DNA of 64,000 nucleotides from a virus (Duplodnaviria > Caudoviricetes). Shown one piece after another: positions 11,055 to 20,373 of this stretch. The notes beneath the pieces were generated by a model, which did not search any database, was not told where the DNA came from, and saw only the letters and a list, made by a program, of their open reading frames with translations. Both the position numbers and the translations under genes were made by a program. The stretch covers positions 3,188-67,187 of the IMG/VR virus record IMGVR_UViG_3300021400_001239; one strand, written 5' to 3'. Position 1 is the first letter of the stretch. Each line of letters opens with the position of its first letter.

Positions 11055-11525
11055 TTAGAACACGCTGTCTACGAATTTCTTCTTAACCTGGGATTTCATC
11101 TCGTCCACCACGCTGTCCTTGATGTCGTCTACCAATGTAGTAGACAAATCATCCGCAGTAAGGTTTCGCACAATCTCTTTCGCCTTTCGTCTCACCATGT
11201 CAGAGATGTTCAGATCAGAACGAGCTTTGTCGAACGCGGACTGGACCATGCGCTCGACCTTGGACTCAATTTCAGACCGGATATCGTCAGAAACAGACTT
11301 CGTGATCTGAGAAACCTTCTTATTGGCTGCACGCTGGATCGCCTCATTGATAAGACCATCGCTGACACGGCCTCTCAAGGCGTTTGATGTCATACCGGAA
11401 AGGTCCTCGATAGCGTTGTCAACCTTCTTTTCGACTCTAGTAGCTTTGTCGTCCGCGCCCTTTGCGATGAGGTACGCTGCTGCAGATACGGCCAAAGCCA
11501 CGATTGCGATAACCTGTTTGCGCAT
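11055..11525 (-). CDS. membrane-anchored coiled-coil protein
   Basis: Signal/TM N-terminus and helical heptad body, flanked by terminators. Confidence 0.6.
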   Translation of the reverse strand: MRKQVIAIVALAVSAAAYLIAKGADDKATRVEKKVDNAIEDLSGMTSNALRGRVSDGLINEAIQRAANKKVSQITKSVSDDIRSEIESKVERMVQSAFDKARSDLNISDMVRRKAKEIVRNLTADDLSTTLVDDIKDSVVDEMKSQVKKKFVDSVF

Positions 11526-11612
11526 AAGATTCTCCTTTCAAAAACAAAACAGAGAGTCCACATTTCTGTGAACCCTCTGTTCGAGTTACTTAAAAACCTC
11601 CTTTTTTCGGAA

Positions 11613-11870
11613 TCACTTCTTGCCCGGTCTCCTCCCAATGAGGACTCCGCCGATAGGCTTAGCCGGCCTCTCGATCATCTTCGGCTTCCGGAAGTGCTTG
11701 TAGATAGCCAGCCCGGTAGCAGTCAGCGCTGTAGCGAGTCCTCCTAACAGGACCCCCTTCATAACGTTGCTGCCGGGTGCTGTCTCCTCGATCACTCCAG
11801 GATCAGCCGTGTAATCGGCCGGTGTTGCCACCATCATCTCGTTATCCACAACATTGTTCTCTTCAGGCAT
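11613..11870 (-). CDS. small TM protein
   Basis: RBS AAGGAGG, downstream of the promoter motif at 11912, central hydrophobic helix. Confidence 0.55.
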   Translation of the reverse strand: MPEENNVVDNEMMVATPADYTADPGVIEETAPGSNVMKGVLLGGLATALTATGLAIYKHFRKPKMIERPAKPIGGVLIGRRPGKK

Positions 11871-11938
11871 TTCTTTTCCTCCTTATTTATTGAAGAGTGT
11901 TTATTGTTCCTCATATAGTAGGTTGTAAATTCTGCGGA

Positions 11939-12760
11939 TTAACCCCATCGCCCTACATCATTTTTATCAGGATGCGGTACAGTATTAAAGCTAACGACAA
12001 GTATCGGAATATTTTCAAACTCTCCAGTCCCAAGTGTGGAGGTGAATACCGGTTCAACTTGACCATCAGATTTATTCCAACCGAACGTATCGCTGGCATC
12101 CTTTAAAAGTTCCATATCCATCGCTTCTCGCAGGTTAATTTGATAATACCAATCAGACAAAGGTACAAACTCTACGTTATCCGCGAATGCTTGTGTGATA
12201 ACCCGATTGGCGTCTTGACGAATGTGTTCCGCATTTGAATAGAAATAGTGGTTACTCAATGCATCAAGACACAGCTGGTTGCCTTTACCGGTTATAATAA
12301 TGTTGTTTGCTACAGGCGGATTCTTCTGCACCTGCTGGATGGCCGCTTGATCCTGGATGTCTTTGGCTTTCTTCTCGCCAACAACCTCCTTTGCGGCATC
12401 TTTGTATTCTTGTAGCATTTGCTCCGATAACTGATATGCCGTTGCAAACGCCGCAGCCTTTCTTGCTGTAGCCCTTTGCGCACCGATAATGAGGATCGCA
12501 GACGCGAGGAACATTACTACGGGCATTGCGTAATATTTCCATGTAGTCTGAACAGTTTCAACGACAGTAAGTTCCTCAGTATTCTCTTCTTTTTTCTTTT
12601 CCTCCTTCTTTTCTTCGATAGCTTTTACCGCTTTCGGTGTTTCTTTTACTGCTTTAACTCCAGCTGCAAAAGCAAGAGCGATGCCGATTCCGGTCGCAAT
12701 CTGCGGACCGTGGCCAATCACCCAAGTCTTTGCAACTTTGAGAAGTGCCTTTGGTTTCAT
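11939..12760 (-). CDS. membrane-associated phage protein (DUF6353-like paralog)
   Basis: GPQIATGIGIA TM, WKYYAMP, AAFATAYQLSE; similar layout to 9329-10315. Confidence 0.6.
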   Translation of the reverse strand: MKPKALLKVAKTWVIGHGPQIATGIGIALAFAAGVKAVKETPKAVKAIEEKKEEKKKEENTEELTVVETVQTTWKYYAMPVVMFLASAILIIGAQRATARKAAAFATAYQLSEQMLQEYKDAAKEVVGEKKAKDIQDQAAIQQVQKNPPVANNIIITGKGNQLCLDALSNHYFYSNAEHIRQDANRVITQAFADNVEFVPLSDWYYQINLREAMDMELLKDASDTFGWNKSDGQVEPVFTSTLGTGEFENIPILVVSFNTVPHPDKNDVGRWG

Positions 12761-13161
12761 CGTCGATCTCCTTAATCCCATAAATTAATAAAGGGGTGTT
12801 CGTTTGCAACTCGCTTGATCTGCCCAAGCCCGAGAAGTATGAAGCCGGTACCAGCACCAAGCTCACACATCATGATTGAAACTTCACATGCTATTTTTGC
12901 TGCGTTAACCAGTTTCTTTGCAATTTTTTTCCTCATATTTATTCTCCTCCTCTATTTCCAAACACGTGCGCATCGAAGTCAGTGCACTTCGGTGTATCCT
13001 TCTTGGACTTGTTCTTGGTTTCCCATTCGTTCAGAACGAATCCGAACATGCCTCCACCTAAGAAAATCACTACCGAAACGACCATTCCGATAACACCGCA
13101 CACTACACCAATAATAGTTTTCATTTTTTTTCTCCTTTCTAAAAATGGTGTAAAAGTAAAA

Positions 13162-13241
13162 GAGAAAGAAGACGTAGGAATCGAACCTGCAATCTCTATT
13201 GTTTCCAATAGCGCTCTTCCATTGAGCTAGTCTTCTTTCTC
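13162..13241 (-). ncRNA. tRNA-like RNA (cloverleaf with abnormal anticodon loop, no CCA)
   Basis: Acceptor AGAAGAC/GTCTTCT (extends to 12 bp), D arm GCTC-AATGGAA-GAGC, stem CTATT/AATAG with 6-nt loop GGAAAC, T arm GCAGG-TTCGATT-CCTAC. Confidence 0.65.
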
Positions 13242-13261
13242 ATAATACTGGTTGTAAATGC

Positions 13262-13580
13262 TGCGCATACATCGCTTCGCAATGCCGCTGCATCACCATG
13301 TCATAGCACAACAGTACTGCACAATGCCTTAGCACCACAGGACCCTGCCTAACCATGCCTTTGCTACACACCTCGCCTCTATGCGTTGCCTTAGCCTAGC
13401 CACACAGCACATTACCTTGCCTTAGCCATACCGGACTTTGCTATACCTTAGCAGCTCAAGACTGAACATAGCCATCGCTATACTTTACTTTTCCTTACCT
13501 TCGCTAGACTTGACCATGCCTTCGCTTTACAAAACAGTATGCTGCCTTTCCATAGCTATACCTCACAATGCCTTCGCAAA
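13262..13580 (-). repeat. non-coding tandem array of about 12 units, each 1 nt plus 3-6 NGY-NN pentamers
   Basis: Unit lengths 26,26,21,26,26,26,31,31,31,26,16 (all 5n+1); junction consensus NGCDA^AGGYA; no ORF of 60 aa or more covers it. Confidence 0.85.
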
Positions 13581-14192
13581 TCAGTCTTTCTCACCAAGCA
13601 CCTCGTAGTGGAATCTGCCCCATCCGGCGTTGCGCCACTGACCAAGACCTTTGTAGATGCCATAATCAAGCCATTCTCTCACAACAGGCTCGTACTGGTC
13701 AGGAAATGTCAGTGTGCACTCGAAGGAAGATCCCTTGGAAATAGTCTCCGAATTGGCAAGGCAGATTCTCTCACCCTGAGCGGTCTGTGCTCTAAGAGGT
13801 CTCTGCATGTTGCCGATCTTGCCATCGAAATCGATAGGAATACGACGAGGAAAGACAAAAATGCATCCGTCAATGATCTTCTTGAACGCCTTGATTTTGC
13901 AGGACTCCTTGCTGATATCTTCACCCTTCATCCTCTGAAGAGCCGAGCAGGAATCCTTGAAGAAACCTTTGATCTGGTAATCCAGGATACAAGGTGTACC
14001 ATCAGCAGTACGAGGAAACACGGTCATAGTTTTCTCCTCGTACTCAGTAGCGCCCATAGCCTCGATCTCTTCCTTCATCGTCTTCGCGTCCGGCGCATTG
14101 CTGGCGATGAACTTTGAGTAGAGCTCCGGATCAGCAGGCTGAGAGCCAAGAACCTTTTCATCAAACGTAATCCTAATTTCGAGATGCTTCAT
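13581..14192 (-). CDS. stand-alone Cas7/Csm3-like RAMP-superfamily protein
   Basis: N-terminal strand LEIRITFDEKVLGS, TPCILDYQIKGFFKD (cf. Csm3 PxIPGSSxKG), C-terminal Gly-rich loop GLGQWRNAGWGRF; RBS AAAGGAG. Confidence 0.75.
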   Translation of the reverse strand: MKHLEIRITFDEKVLGSQPADPELYSKFIASNAPDAKTMKEEIEAMGATEYEEKTMTVFPRTADGTPCILDYQIKGFFKDSCSALQRMKGEDISKESCKIKAFKKIIDGCIFVFPRRIPIDFDGKIGNMQRPLRAQTAQGERICLANSETISKGSSFECTLTFPDQYEPVVREWLDYGIYKGLGQWRNAGWGRFHYEVLGEKD

Positions 14193-14204
14193 AATTATCT
14201 CCTT

Positions 14205-14483
14205 TCATAGAAAAATATGATCGTACAAATCCACAGAAATTTCATAGGCGACCCGGAACACCATCCCAGATCGCCTATCCATTTCTTTAATAAACTCTGA
14301 AACCACCATGGACGGCGGATCATCAGATTTTTCGACACGACTGATCAGCTCTTGCACAGTTGCTTGCGCATAAGATCTTGCCACAACACCATCCAAAGAT
14401 TGGCTATACACAGGATCTCCCATTTCAGCAAGATATTCGCGCATTCGCTTTAGAATACTGCACTTAGCTGTTCTCGTGCTCAT
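14205..14483 (-). CDS. hypothetical protein immediately upstream of the RAMP gene
   Basis: 92-aa ORF with RBS GGAGG, ends 12 nt before the RAMP start. Confidence 0.6.
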   Translation of the reverse strand: MSTRTAKCSILKRMREYLAEMGDPVYSQSLDGVVARSYAQATVQELISRVEKSDDPPSMVVSEFIKEMDRRSGMVFRVAYEISVDLYDHIFL

Positions 14484-14956
14484 TATACTTTGTCTTATCC
14501 TCCAGCATTATCCGATGGACGCGCTCGTCCAGATCTTCATCTCGTTTAACGGACGCAATAATACCAATTACACAGCAGATTGCGCCGACAATCTCACTGC
14601 CAAGTTCAACAACATCCCACTTCTTCATTTTATTCTCCTTCAGTGAATCTGCAGAAGTCCTGCAATCAATAATCCAGCCATAAGAAACACATGTGCGGGT
14701 CCCATATTAATCCTCCTTTTTCAAAAACAAAAAAGAGAACCGCCAAACGATTTTGTTCAGCGGTTCCCACCTTCACTTGGTTTCTGCTTTTTCTTTGTGT
14801 CTGGCCTGGTAATCACGATCCGCCTGCACGATCTTGATTACCTGCACCGTCGCGCTCAAGATCACTGCAGCAATTGCCGCAATCGCCAGACCGCTCAATC
14901 CTAATATCATGAGCAGATCCTCCTTTCCATTCAAGGAGCTGTTTAATCTGCGTGGT

Positions 14957-15250
14957 CTAACCGACAATGTCTCTTGCCGTGAACTTGAGATAGCAAACAA
15001 ACGGATTTGCAGGGTTATTAATTACTTTAACGTTTATCTTGTCGTCCATCCTTAGATCCCATCCCCAACGGTATGAAAAACTTTTAACGTTAGTACAGTG
15101 AAAGACTCGCACCACTTCGTTCAAAGAGATCTGACCATATACTTTGAGCATGTCCGTTGCGTGGTTTAGAGCACACATAAACTCTAAGAGCGCTAAGTCC
15201 TTGTTTGAATTTTTATAATAAGGAAGTACAATTGTGAACTTTTTATCCAT
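14957..15250 (-). CDS. hypothetical protein resembling the C-terminal domain of the DUF6353-like paralogs
   Basis: ISLNEV...WGWD motif; RBS GGAGG. Confidence 0.5.
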   Translation of the reverse strand: MDKKFTIVLPYYKNSNKDLALLEFMCALNHATDMLKVYGQISLNEVVRVFHCTNVKSFSYRWGWDLRMDDKINVKVINNPANPFVCYLKFTARDIVG

Positions 15251-15315
15251 GGCGTATCCTCCAAAAAGAAAACGGGAAGCCCCCGCAACATTTGCTGCGA
15301 GAGCCTCCCACTGGA

Positions 15316-15630
15316 TTATTTCTTCTCGTCCTCCTTCTCTTCCGGTTCCTTGTCCTTGTCTTCCTGAATCCGGTTGATGTTGTTCTTGGCCAGATCGACC
15401 AAAGCATTCACGTAGTCGTTCATGTCGCCTTCAAAGTAGATCTTCACGATGGCCTGGTCTGCTCCGTCCACGGCAGCGACGTCATCCACAATACGGATGT
15501 CGTGCTTGTCGTATTTCGAACGCAGGCACTTGACCACATCGATCCAATCCGCCTCAAACACTCGGATGAAAAACTCCTTCTTGTCGTCAATCTGTTCGCT
15601 CTTCTCAACCTTCTTACCAAAAAGCTTCAT
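15316..15630 (-). CDS. hypothetical protein
   Basis: RBS AAAGGAG before MKLFGKK, downstream of the promoter motif at 15674, terminator downstream. Confidence 0.6.
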   Translation of the reverse strand: MKLFGKKVEKSEQIDDKKEFFIRVFEADWIDVVKCLRSKYDKHDIRIVDDVAAVDGADQAIVKIYFEGDMNDYVNALVDLAKNNINRIQEDKDKEPEEKEDEKK

Positions 15631-16196
15631 TTCGATTCTCCTTTCAATTTTGAGTCCGAGACACAATTGTCTCCATAAAGGGGGTTGTAAAATGTGCGTG
15701 GCATAAGCAAAAGAAGGAGCCTACGATTTTCTCGTAAACTCCCCCGATCCGGTTTACTTATTCCGACCGTTAATATCAGTAACGATACTAACAATCAGTA
15801 AGATCGCCAAGATCAGTGTTAAGCTTGAAATCATCAAATCCTCCTTCCTTTTACGCAACCATCAGTTTCGCTAATTTAGGTAACACAATGCCAAATGCCA
15901 TAAAAGCCACGAGTAACATAATACTACCTCCTTTATCAACATGTAATGTTGCGTGTATCTCCATAAAGGGGATTGTAAAATGTGCGCGATCAAATCTTAA
16001 TCTGATCGGTCGGAGCTGTGGCTGTACCGGCAAATGTGATTTTTACTGTACGATTGTCATTACGAATGGAGAGCGTTGATAGATCGATTTTAACCGTGTA
16101 ACCGAGTTTTCTGCTCAATAAATTGCTTATTACCATTGAAGCAATACCTTTTCCAAAATCCGTATTAAGTTTCAAGATGTCCATTTTTCTCCTTTT

Positions 16197-16553
16197 TTAA
16201 AATGGTGCATGGTCAAACGTTGATTCCCACAGTTGTTTTCGCATCGGTTTCATCCGAAGTGCCCACATAATTTGTCTGATAGTAACTGTCGGATATAAAC
16301 CACCAACGCAAGGTCCGGCCATACGATTGAAATACTCCATAAATTTAGGATGTGTATAAATCGGATTTCTAAAGTAGTCGTCGATCTGAGTCCACCATGT
16401 ACGTTTTGTTGTTACGCTATATCTTTGCTGAACGACGGCGAGACCTCTATCTCCGATTTTATATAGTGTACACTTGTTGTATACCGGATGATTACACCTG
16501 TATGTTTCTCCACACACAGGCACATATATCTCCGGTTTTTCATAGTGATAACG
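16197..16553 (-). CDS. conserved phage hypothetical protein
   Basis: RBS GGAGG before MRYHYEKP. Confidence 0.6.
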   Translation of the reverse strand, partial: RYHYEKPEIYVPVCGETYRCNHPVYNKCTLYKIGDRGLAVVQQRYSVTTKRTWWTQIDDYFRNPIYTHPKFMEYFNRMAGPCVGGLYPTVTIRQIMWALRMKPMRKQLWESTFDHAPF

Positions 16554-16967
16554 CATTAATCCTCCTAAAACAAAAGGCAGGAGCCCTTGCAACTTTCGTT
16601 GTAGGTACTCCCTCCTGAGATTATTTACGCAGCCAGTCCATCAGCAGGTCGCCGATGAACATAGTGATTACATTCATTTTTACGAAATACCAATCCACAC
16701 AGATTCCTCCAATGTCAATCCATTCCGGACTTGCGTTCCAATAAACTCGTTCGAACACAATTCCGATCAGGAATGCCACCGCAGTAACGATTAAGATTTT
16801 TACTATTCCTTTGAAATTTATTTTTGTAATCGTATTCATCATTTTATTACCTCCTATATACGATATTAATAACTGCGTATATCTCATATAGGAGTTTGTA
16901 AAATATGCGCAAAATAAAAAGGCTATGCAAACGCCATTTGACGCCCACATAGCCCGCGAATCACTAG

Positions 16968-17384
16968 TTACTTTTTCTTACCCCCAAGAAAGGGCAGTTT
17001 CTGCGAAATCGGCCCCCAACGGAAGCTGTGCACGTCGCTGGACTGGAAATCCATCTCCCGATTGAAGATGTGAATACCGGTCAAGTCTTCAGCCACCCTG
17101 AGACCTGACTCGACGATCAATCTGATCATAAACTCTGCATGGGCCGTGTCAGCTCCGTCTTCCTTCAGTTTTTGTTCTGCCTGCCATTGCTTAATAGCTT
17201 GGACACGCTCTTTTTCCTTCCGGGTACGCTCTGCTTCGGCCTGCTTTGCTTCGACCAGACTCTTCGTGAGAGTCTCCAGGTTCTTCATGGCCTGATCGTA
17301 TTCGGTACTATCTTTCGAAAGACTTGAAATATGATCAGTCAAAGCTAAATGCTCGGCTTCCATTTTTTCGATCACTTCACTCAT
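16968..17384 (-). CDS. coiled-coil hypothetical protein
   Basis: 138-aa ORF with RBS AAAGGAG. Confidence 0.6.
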   Translation of the reverse strand: MSEVIEKMEAEHLALTDHISSLSKDSTEYDQAMKNLETLTKSLVEAKQAEAERTRKEKERVQAIKQWQAEQKLKEDGADTAHAEFMIRLIVESGLRVAEDLTGIHIFNREMDFQSSDVHSFRWGPISQKLPFLGGKKK

Positions 17385-18143
17385 AGTTTCTCCTTTCGTT
17401 AAAGTTGATAAGTGAACTTGTTCCTCATTATAGAACTTGCTTTATTGGCGTATTCTTTCAACATTAAACGCTATTATGTCTCCGGTTTTTAACTTGTCTA
17501 TTGTCCCGGGTGTTAACCCTAAGGCAACATAAGAACTATTATCCGCGTCATCGTCAATAATATACGCATCGCCAACGGGACGTATAATATCTTTGCATAA
17601 AACACGCCCGATAACGACACCGCCAATGAAAACCAATAGTAAAACTAAAACTAAAACGCAGTATTCGAGCATATCAACCTCCACACAAAAAGAGAGACCA
17701 TGTACGCTTGGTACACAGTCTCCCCGTCTTACTCAGCTAATAAATACAACAACAGTATTAACGCTACACCCCGAATTGGTCCACCGAAACCAATACATGC
17801 CACTATAGTAAGCAGCCAATGGTTTCGCAATAACCATCCGAGTTTTTCCCTTAGCTCTTTAAATGTCATATTTAACCTCCTTTCACTATAGGAGATGTAA
17901 AAGATGCGGAAAAGCAAGAGACCCTGCTCGGATCCCTTGCCGGAAATATCGTTTCGTTGTTATGTCATGCAGCTATTGCTGCACCGGCAATAAACAAACC
18001 GATGCCGCAGAACGCTGCTGTCGCTCCTCCGAACGACACCGCGATCAAACAGCCTCCAACTGCTACTGCCAGTCCAATAATAGTATTCATTTTTAAACCT
18101 CCATTTTGAAACGGGACTATTTCCCATAAAGGAGGTTGTAAAT

Positions 18144-18560
18144 TTAGCGCATCTTATCAAGTAACCAATAGAACTTCCTCCTGCGATCGTAGAACATATC
18201 TCGTTCACATGGCATATCATATACACCCTTCAGACAAACGAACGTCAGATTCTCTGTAACTGACTTGAGAATATAATTGTACAGTTCAGCATCAGCATCT
18301 ATAGCGGTCTGTTCAACCAGCTTCATCTTGTCGCTTAGCGTAGCTCTCCGAATAGCCACGTCCGCAGTAGGGTCGACTATACCGGACCCGTTCACTCTGA
18401 GAATATCAGTCGCTATAGATCTGACACCGCTGCCGAGTTCTTCGTATCGCCTCTTCCACTCAGGATATTGCAATGCGAAATACCTCAGCTCAAGATACCT
18501 GTATCTAGGCAGCCACCATCGATTAGTCTTTGATAGTTCTTTACATAAAAAATCACCCAT
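18144..18560 (-). CDS. ArpU-like / sigma-region-4-like transcriptional regulator
   Basis: YLELRYFALQYPEW N-terminus, C-terminal HTH-like MPCERDMFYDRRRKFYWLL. Confidence 0.55.
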   Translation of the reverse strand: MGDFLCKELSKTNRWWLPRYRYLELRYFALQYPEWKRRYEELGSGVRSIATDILRVNGSGIVDPTADVAIRRATLSDKMKLVEQTAIDADAELYNYILKSVTENLTFVCLKGVYDMPCERDMFYDRRRKFYWLLDKMR

Positions 18561-18842
18561 AGTCGTATACTCCTTTCGCCAGAAGAGTAATACAATCCAT
18601 GGGTGCATGAGTACGGTTGTTGCCTGCCGTCCGTATCTCCTTTCTTATTTTGTGATTGCCTTTCAATCAAAAGTAATCAAATATAATTGGCGGAAAACCA
18701 ATGTTTATGCGGCTCTCATAGTTTTTCTTACGAGTTCGATTCTCGTTGCCAGCTCTCCCCAAAGACCTTGGCTCTCCCGAAAATACTGGAGTTCTGAGGT
18801 CTTTTGCTTTATGCAGAATATAGAAGGTAATCAACGAGGTAA

Positions 18843-20045
18843 TCAAGCTCTGTGAAACTCAGCAATCGAGTCGATTATCTCCTGTTTTCTGTCATGTGAC
18901 TTGCGGTTGCGATGGTAGTTAACCTCGGACGTACGAATATCAGCGTGTCCCATCTGGTCTTTCACCATACGCCTGTCCACTGACGCATCCAGCAGAATCG
19001 TATCGTATGTGGCTCTGATCTTGTGAGGACTCTTCTTTCTGACACCGAGCTTCTTGCAGACCGAGTATTCACGCTTTCTCATCTGCAGAGTTGTAAGTCT
19101 TTTACCATTCTCAGAAAATATAAATTCTCCTGCTGGTGTAGCGATGTAGAGATTTCGGATAAGCCACCTGTAACTTGAAGGAACCACTATGTCTCTTACA
19201 CCGGCTGCTGTCTTAGGGTAGTCGAGCACCTCATATCTAGTTTCACCATTCTCCTTGAATCTGGTCTCGGTCTTTCTTACTCTAACGACATTGAGCTCGG
19301 GATCCAAGTCTTCTCTGGTCAGGGCCACAAGTTCACCTATCCTCAAGCCACTCACAAATATAAGTAAGATACCTGCGTTGCGAATGTCACAATTCTGAGT
19401 CAGATAATTCACCATGGTCTCAGTTTCAGACTCATTGAATACTTGATCGGCGTCCTCTTTTACCGTCTTGTGGAATTCTCTGTCAGACACATCCAGATCG
19501 GCAAAGAGAAGCTCCGGACTGAAGGAAATATACTTCTTCCGCTTAGCCCTCTTGAGAATCCCTCTCATAACTGTTTTGAGACTGGTAAACCCTTTAGCAG
19601 ACAAGTTGTGTTCTGGTATCTGCTCCTCAAGGAAGTCAATTATCTCATCCTCCGAAATATCTTTTATACGAAGCTTACCAAATTCACTAAAATGTCTTTT
19701 GTAGATTTCTTTGAATCTCGTATGCGACGACTTACTTATCTTCTTGAGTTCGAGCCTGTAGTCGTTCCACTCTGTGAAAACGTCATCGATCGTCGGATTA
19801 TCAAGCAGTGTTTTCTGATAAGAGACTATAACATCCTCGATAGCCTTCTGCGTTGTCCTTTTCTTAAGTATCCTCCCTTTCTTTTCATCTGGAATATAAA
19901 CGTACCATTTGCCGTCTTTGCCTTCCCATGGCTTGAACGGATGTGCCTCGATTAAGTCTTTTCTTTTCTCCATTTCGATTCTTAACCGAACGGCAGGCAC
20001 GTCTATTATCCCATGTTCAACGGCATAATTCAAATCGAAGTCCAT
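18843..20045 (-). CDS. int: tyrosine recombinase / integrase
   Basis: SGLRIGEL (Arg), K in YPKTAAG, HKIR (HxxR), MGHADIRTSEVNY (His/Tyr). Confidence 0.9.
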   Translation of the reverse strand: MDFDLNYAVEHGIIDVPAVRLRIEMEKRKDLIEAHPFKPWEGKDGKWYVYIPDEKKGRILKKRTTQKAIEDVIVSYQKTLLDNPTIDDVFTEWNDYRLELKKISKSSHTRFKEIYKRHFSEFGKLRIKDISEDEIIDFLEEQIPEHNLSAKGFTSLKTVMRGILKRAKRKKYISFSPELLFADLDVSDREFHKTVKEDADQVFNESETETMVNYLTQNCDIRNAGILLIFVSGLRIGELVALTREDLDPELNVVRVRKTETRFKENGETRYEVLDYPKTAAGVRDIVVPSSYRWLIRNLYIATPAGEFIFSENGKRLTTLQMRKREYSVCKKLGVRKKSPHKIRATYDTILLDASVDRRMVKDQMGHADIRTSEVNYHRNRKSHDRKQEIIDSIAEFHRA

Positions 20046-20157
20046 AGAATCTCCCGAAAACCGAAAAAATAAAAGGGACAGTAAGCCTTGCGACAAGCCG
20101 TCCCTTCTATATGATTCTACCATTTTATCGGTTGTCCTAGGACCCGGAGTATGGTAG

Positions 20158-20373
20158 TTACTCCTCTTTGACTGATTTGTGCTGTACCGTACTGATACCG
20201 AGGATCACGCCAAGGAAGGTGTCTACGACAGTGATTGTCCCTACGATCTGCTCACCGTAAGGGAACCCCCAGATACCGGCTAAGCCGAAGTACAGCGATC
20301 CAAGAGCAGGAAGCAGAACAAGTGCCACCCACTTCAGAATATCATACTGTTTATTACTGAGAATTGTCTGCAT
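20158..20373 (-). CDS. holin (Dp-1-like)
   Basis: LSNKQYDILKWVALVLLPALGSLYFGLAGIWG with 2 TM helices, at the end of the tail module. Confidence 0.8.
   Translation of the reverse strand: MQTILSNKQYDILKWVALVLLPALGSLYFGLAGIWGFPYGEQIVGTITVVDTFLGVILGISTVQHKSVKEE

Noticed and set aside
13262-13580. Canonical CRISPR array
   Set aside because: There is no invariant 23-47-nt repeat alternating with unique spacers; conservation is interleaved with period 5, so it is reported as a different array type
13539-14117. 192-aa plus-strand ORF
   Set aside because: Antisense shadow of the RAMP gene, with no RBS or recognisable motifs
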